64,000 bases of DNA from Setoptus koraiensis (Eukaryota; Animalia; Arthropoda), in the NCBI GenBank assembly GCA_048013815.1, contig CM106585.1, forward strand, positions 20,274,001-20,338,000. The letters are read 5' to 3'. A program made the position numbers and the translations under genes. Shown here piece by piece: positions 58,691 to 64,000 of the stretch (the first letter of the stretch is position 1; each line of letters begins with the position of its first letter). The notes under the pieces were generated by a model. The model ran no database searches and was not told the origin of the DNA. It saw only the letters and a program-made list of their open reading frames with translations.

Positions 58691-60623
58691 ATTCAGCAAT
58701 TTTGCAATTCCGCAATCGCTCGCTTGGTTCAGTTATTCAGTTCAGTCGGGCTGCTGCGGGCCAGCTCCTCGGCTCCTCGGCTGCACGGCTCCCCGGCTGC
58801 ACGGCTTCTCGGCTTGTCAGCTTCGCGTCGTATGTTCATTAGCTCGGCGCTCGGCAGGGCCTCAGGCTCGCCTCGTTACGTCGGCGGGGCCTTTCGCTCG
58901 CGAGTCGCGACTTGCGGGGCTCGCTTGCCGTGCACAGTCGCTACTCGCGAGCGAGACCCGTTGGCGCTTTGCTGCTGAATTTCGCCAGCCAGCTCGAGAG
59001 TTCGAGACACTGCAACATTCAACTGTTGTTAGAGAGAGCGAGAGAAATAATAAATAATTGCATGGCCGTGTGTGTTCGTAATGAGAAAGACACAGCATTT
59101 TTGTGGCAGTTTACATGGGATCCGTAACATGCTTGTGTGTTGCGTCTATTTGCATACTCTCGCTCTTCACTTTGCTCTCTAAACTCTCTCTCCGAGCTAC
59201 TCGCAGCAATCAAGAATCTTCTCTCTCTTTCTGCCAGAGAGTCTCTCTTTCTGCCAGAGTCTCTCTCTCTCTCTGCCAGAGAGTCTCTCGCCAGCCAGCA
59301 AGAGTCGTATTGATGCTGGCGCGAACGTCGCCGCTGTCTCTGCGAACCGTCAACATCAACTCACATACAAATAGAGGCAACGAAATAAGCTAAATAAGTA
59401 CCATCAAACAGTGAGCAAGTTAGCAGCGATAGATCGCCCACATCCATACTTGGGATTATAAGGCAAATGTAATTAAATTCATGCAACTATTGCGTAGAGG
59501 GCCAGCATTTCGTCGAGCTGCAAATCGCAATTATATTTGCATACACTTCAGCGCTCGTTGGGCTGCCTCTTTTTCCCGGCCTTCGCTCGGCCTTCTGTCG
59601 GCCTTTTCTCGGTCTTTTCTCGGCCTTTTCTCGGCCTTTTTCTCGAAGTCGACAATCGAGATCTGTTACCATTTGCATAACATGCCACAACAACAGCAAC
59701 AACCGCACAACTCCACGCCATTGCGAACAGTCTCAATAGTATGCGACTGCATTAGCGGCTAAGGCAACATTAGCGTCAAATTGACTAGACACAGAAGCCG
59801 TGAAGGTGAAAATGACAAACACCGAGATGCTCCAAATCGTCCTATTGTTTTTAGCTCTCGAGCTAGCTCAAGCTAATGGCCTCGTCTCGGGCCCGTCGCT
59901 GCGTGGCTCAGCTCGGCGGCTCGCTAGGCCATCGCGATAGGCGGTAAGCTAGCATATCGCTAGCTTGCTGCCGATGCCCATATCGCTAGATCCGGCTGGC
60001 ACCGGCTGGCGTCGTTTTCTGGAGCAGCGACTGGATAACTCAATTAGGAGATGTTGCTGCCATCTCTGCTTCGAGACGGCAGGCGATGGCACGAACGAAT
60101 GACGAGCCGAGAAACGGTCTGAGCCGTCGACAGAATTCCGTCATCGATTCTCTGGCCCTTCGTTGCGTTGACGGCGAACAAGTTCGAAGCTTCGCCGAAG
60201 CGTCCGACAATGCTCATCGCGCTCTGCATTGTCTGGCGCTGCGAACGCCAAATCAATCAGCGCCGCCGCCACTCAAAATTGACCTGTCAGCAGACTCTAT
60301 TACACAATAGATTATACACAGCTAGCTATGGCTGAGCTCGCCACACGTCCAGGGCGACACCTGTTGTGTTGTTATTTATTTGAGCACAGTGTGATGCAAT
60401 TCAAGCTAGGAACAATGTAAAATAGATGGTGATGATGATGTAAATGAAGGGGCCCAAATATGGGCCGGCAATGTGCCGAAAACGGGCTGCACAACAATAA
60501 TAATAATGGCAATAATTAATAATAATGGCAATAATTAATGGTAGCAATTGATAAATGCGAGTGCCAATTCATGGTGATGAGCGGTGCACGAAGTGTGATA
60601 ATATAAATAAAATATACGCAATA

Positions 60624-63600
60624 TCAGGTGGCGCTGCCCTGGCACTTTTCGTAGCGGACCCATTTGCTCTTGATGTCGCGGCTGAGCTCGTTGTGCTCGG
60701 ACCTCAACACGGCCAATTGGTCCTCCAATTTGTCGCCGTGAGACTGTATGTCGTTCTCAATGTGCCCATAATGATGCACCAGTTTCAGGTCGGACTCCAG
60801 CTCCAGTTTGAAATGATTTGTGTCGTGACGCAACTGCTTCCATCTGACGGTGTCACTTTCTATTTTGCTCTCCAACACCCACAACAATTGCTCCAAATAT
60901 GAACTGCTACTGTTTTGGCCGTCACTTGACCCACTTGTTGTTGTGTCCGGCAACAGTTTGTGCATTGTCGCCAACAACAACTCTGTTGTGGAATTCAAGT
61001 CGGCAAAGCTGTCATCGGCTGCATGGCTGCTAGTTGGCTGCAGTATTTTATCAAGTCTATCTAGAGATGAATTGGTGTCACCAGCTATGGCCTCAATGAG
61101 ATTGTAATTGTGCTGTGTGCGCCATCTTATGACGCTGTGATTAGTTGACAAAAGATCAACTTGGTTGCTGTTGTGATTGTTGAGCTTGATTTGTGTTGAA
61201 TTCAACAGTACACTCTCGATGTAATTGAAATTGTTCGAGCTGACACTGTTGTATTTGTTTATTTCATCCAGATGGGCCCTGTTGCTCTCCAACGATTGCT
61301 CCATAAACTCCTGATAATTTTGGATGGAATTCAAATAATAATCCGTGTCCCTGGTGAGCAGCGAATCAATTGACTTTTCAAACTGGTGCTCATATCTACT
61401 TTGGGTGCCATTCAGATGGCTCCACCGAGGCCACAAATCGCCACTCAGCTCTGCATCAATGGCTTGCCACACTGACACGAGTGGCTGCAATTGGTTGAGA
61501 GCTTGGTCGCTGGGCTTGTTGTCTGCCGTTGAAGCGATCATGGTGTCCAAATCGGTTTGTCGTTGCGACGCCAGCAACAGCTCGTAGGATTTTGTCAGAT
61601 TTTGTATACTTTTGACCATATTCTCCATACGCGAGCTCTGTTTCTCTACGGCGAGCGAGCTGTTTTGCAAACGATCCGTGTGGCTAGACGCCAATCCGTC
61701 CGGTCGCAATTCCGTCGAGCCCCCGATGAATCGATCGAGCCGAGGCTCGAGTTTCCTTTGTTTTATCCGCAATGTCACACTTGCCATAACGGAGTCGGTC
61801 AGTTGAGCCAATTCATTCACATACTCTGACTCTAGCGCGTTGGCCGCCTGGTACAGGCTTGCATTGTGTTGTTGTATCAGCACCAATGAGGCCTGCAACA
61901 AATCTGATAGCTGCTGCTGCTGAAACGATCTTAAATCTCGCGAACATGAGGCCCAATTCGTGACGAAGCAACGCGCCTCATCGCTATTTAGGTCTGCATC
62001 GGTGGTGGGCAGGGTGAGTCGCTCAATTGAGAACGACGACAACCTGTGGAATAGCTCGTTGTTTGAATTGTTGGTGGCAAACAGATATTGGGTGGCCGCT
62101 TCGTATTGGTGGCGAGTGTCCAACAGTTGCTTGTTTTGCTTGTCGTGCACAATTTTAATTTGGTCCTCAATGATGCCAGTGGCATTGAACAATTGCTGGG
62201 CCCGGATAAAATTCAATTTCCAATCGGTGCGCGGCTGGCCCGACCGGTGCAACAGAGTCGTCTCTATGCCAATCCTGTCCTCGTCCAATTGTTGCAAATC
62301 TCTGTCTAGCTGACGCTTGAGCAATTCAACTTGCTCGATCTGCTCCGACAATTCGCGCGACTCCAATTCGAGCTGGCGTCGTCGTTGGTGCCCCTCTTGG
62401 TGTGGCTCGATTGGCGGCCCCATTTGGCGGTCCCAATTTGCGGAGGTGCCCGCGAATTGGGCCCCATTGGCGAGAAACGGATAAAGAAAGTTGCGCACAT
62501 CGGACAACAAATCAAACATTGTCTCGTTGTAGGTGTGCGTCGCGCCCAAGAACCTGTCACTGTATATTTTCTCCTGATTGATGGTCCTCACGATGAAGTG
62601 CAGCTTTTTCTCTATGTATTCCTCTTGCTCTGGAGTGAGCGAGCCAACCGAAACCGGCGAGGCCCATCGCTTGGCCCTGTCACGCCACCTGTCCAAGCCG
62701 TTCAAACTGTCAAAATGTCCCCCGCGAGCGTCCAAACTGTCGGAATGTCCCCCAGAAGCGTCCACACTGTCGAAATGTCCCTCAAAAGCGTCCAAACCGC
62801 CGGAATGCGGATGAGCCGATTGTTGGCGCGATTGGCCCGCTCTGAAACTGGCCGACCGGCGATAGCTCACGCTCAACCGGTCAGCGTCGTGCCACAGAGC
62901 GGCCACTTTGGCCAGCCACTGGTCGTAGCATTCGCCGCAGCGCAAGCAGCTCTTCGGCGACGGGATATCCTTTAGCAAATTCATGTTGTACGTGTCCATT
63001 GTGAGGCTGTCGTTAGCGTCGGCGCCCTCGTGATGGGGCCCCGATGACCCGCTCGCCGCGCTTGTTGGGCTGGCGAGCGTGGCGGTGGCGTTGAAGTAGT
63101 AGCCCGTGGCGCACTTTTCGCACTTGCTGCCCGTCATTTCGGCCAAACAGTCGCACTGGCCGGTGCTCTTGTCGCAATCCGTGGACCGGGACCCGAACAT
63201 GTTGCAATTGCACATTTTGCACTTGCGCTCGGACTTGGGATCGCCCCAGAATCCGAAGCCGCACTGGTTGCACTTGCGGCCCCCGTAGCCCGGCTTGCAT
63301 TCGCACTGGCCCGTCAGCGGATTGCACGCCCTCAACTGGGTGCCCGCTTGAGAGTTGGCTCCTGCAAACTGGCCATGCCCAGCGCCGGCAGTGGTACCGT
63401 TGGACTGGGCGGTATTTGCGGCGGTTGTGAGCGTGCCCTCGGGGTCGCAATTGCACCGCTCACAACCCACGCCCGCGGTCATATTCCAATAGTTGAGCTG
63501 ACATTGGTCGCACTTGTCGCCCTGTACATTGTCGGCGCACTGACACTGTCCGGTGTGCCTGTCGCAGGGCAAATAACTGTAATTGTTGCTGCCGCTCGGG

Positions 63601-64000
63601 TCGTAGCGGGTCCCGTTGGGGTGACACTGGCACGCGCTGCACGATTGTGTCGTGGCATCACCATGATAACCCGGCCGGCACAATTCGCAATGGTCGCCCT
63701 CTGTGTCGTTGGTGCACTTGAGGCATTTGCCCGTATTCTGGTCGCAATTGTGGTGCGCGCTAACGTTCCAATTGTTGTTACATTGGCACATTCTGCAATC
63801 TTTGCCCAACTGTCCGCTCGGGCCCCAATAGTTTGGGGCGCACATTTCGCACATGGCGCCCACAAATCCGGGCTTGCACACGCACTCGAACGCTTGCTGC
63901 TGCTGTTGCTGGTATCTGGTGGTCATGGCACCCAAATCCGCCGGGCCGCCCGCTTCTCTGGGCCCAGCGCCGAGGGCGCCCCCCGCGGCCGGAGCGGACA
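60624..64000 (-). CDS. LanB1: Laminin beta chain, 3' part (LE repeats and coiled coil); partial, frame open to the right edge, no introns in the window
   Basis: The LE series parallels recalled LAMB1 (TGKCLKCTNDTEGDHCELCRPGYHGDA, NYWNMTAGVGCERCNC, GFWGDP, TGQCDC..CGECYDQW); the C-terminus KWVRYEKC fits the beta-chain YxxC end rather than gamma, and there are no LG domains. Confidence 0.92.
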   Translation of the reverse strand, partial: SAPAAGGALGAGPREAGGPADLGAMTTRYQQQQQQAFECVCKPGFVGAMCEMCAPNYWGPSGQLGKDCRMCQCNNNWNVSAHHNCDQNTGKCLKCTNDTEGDHCELCRPGYHGDATTQSCSACQCHPNGTRYDPSGSNNYSYLPCDRHTGQCQCADNVQGDKCDQCQLNYWNMTAGVGCERCNCDPEGTLTTAANTAQSNGTTAGAGHGQFAGANSQAGTQLRACNPLTGQCECKPGYGGRKCNQCGFGFWGDPKSERKCKMCNCNMFGSRSTDCDKSTGQCDCLAEMTGSKCEKCATGYYFNATATLASPTSAASGSSGPHHEGADANDSLTMDTYNMNLLKDIPSPKSCLRCGECYDQWLAKVAALWHDADRLSVSYRRSASFRAGQSRQQSAHPHSGGLDAFEGHFDSVDASGGHSDSLDARGGHFDSLNGLDRWRDRAKRWASPVSVGSLTPEQEEYIEKKLHFIVRTINQEKIYSDRFLGATHTYNETMFDLLSDVRNFLYPFLANGAQFAGTSANWDRQMGPPIEPHQEGHQRRRQLELESRELSEQIEQVELLKRQLDRDLQQLDEDRIGIETTLLHRSGQPRTDWKLNFIRAQQLFNATGIIEDQIKIVHDKQNKQLLDTRHQYEAATQYLFATNNSNNELFHRLSSFSIERLTLPTTDADLNSDEARCFVTNWASCSRDLRSFQQQQLSDLLQASLVLIQQHNASLYQAANALESEYVNELAQLTDSVMASVTLRIKQRKLEPRLDRFIGGSTELRPDGLASSHTDRLQNSSLAVEKQSSRMENMVKSIQNLTKSYELLLASQRQTDLDTMIASTADNKPSDQALNQLQPLVSVWQAIDAELSGDLWPRWSHLNGTQSRYEHQFEKSIDSLLTRDTDYYLNSIQNYQEFMEQSLESNRAHLDEINKYNSVSSNNFNYIESVLLNSTQIKLNNHNSNQVDLLSTNHSVIRWRTQHNYNLIEAIAGDTNSSLDRLDKILQPTSSHAADDSFADLNSTTELLLATMHKLLPDTTTSGSSDGQNSSSSYLEQLLWVLESKIESDTVRWKQLRHDTNHFKLELESDLKLVHHYGHIENDIQSHGDKLEDQLAVLRSEHNELSRDIKSKWVRYEKCQGSAT
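62703..62798 (-). repeat. 30-bp coding tandem repeat x3 in laminin beta (GGHFDSLDAx units)
   Basis: CAAACTGTCAAAATGTCCCCCGCGAGCGTC and two variants. Confidence 0.9.

Noticed and set aside
59586-59645. TTCTCGGCCTTTT resembling the U2 snRNA 5' end
   Set aside because: Part of an 11-bp tandem repeat; the rest of U2 is absent.
47271-60310. Roughly 100 short ORFs in the GC-rich block
   Set aside because: Expected from high GC and repeats; they overlap in all frames and none shows a known domain.
57985-60463. Two CArG boxes (57985-57994, 60454-60463) as actin SRF sites
   Set aside because: About one is expected by chance in this much sequence, and both are more than 10 kb from actin.

Overview
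Eukaryotic (arthropod, most likely acariform mite; this is inferred from gene content and architecture) genomic window with two regimes. (1) 1-47.1 kb is AT-rich, gene-dense and intron-poor. It holds diaphanous formin (partial), tRNA-Leu(AAG), a very divergent BBS7, PPM1D/Wip1, THUMPD3, ZSWIM8, an LD-less paxillin, APC15, SUPT3H, LMO/Beadex, ZC3H14/Nab2, mRpL16, a Src42A C-terminal fragment beside a 500-N gap, MsrB, DBT, a CCDC137-like gene, a Sororin-like candidate, an orphan coiled-coil gene, a head-to-head pair of 302-aa secreted proteins inside a ~3.2-kb palindrome, and an intronless actin. (2) 47.2-60.6 kb is visibly more GC-rich and gene-free, full of microsatellites, short tandem duplications, perfect palindromes and AP-1 consensus sites, and is followed by the 3' part of laminin beta. 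Top leads: the palindromic secreted-protein pair with a near-identical 3' half and twin TATA promoter, and an unassigned ~385-nt highly structured element at 14.8-15.2 kb. All homology calls come from recalled family motifs; no database search was run.
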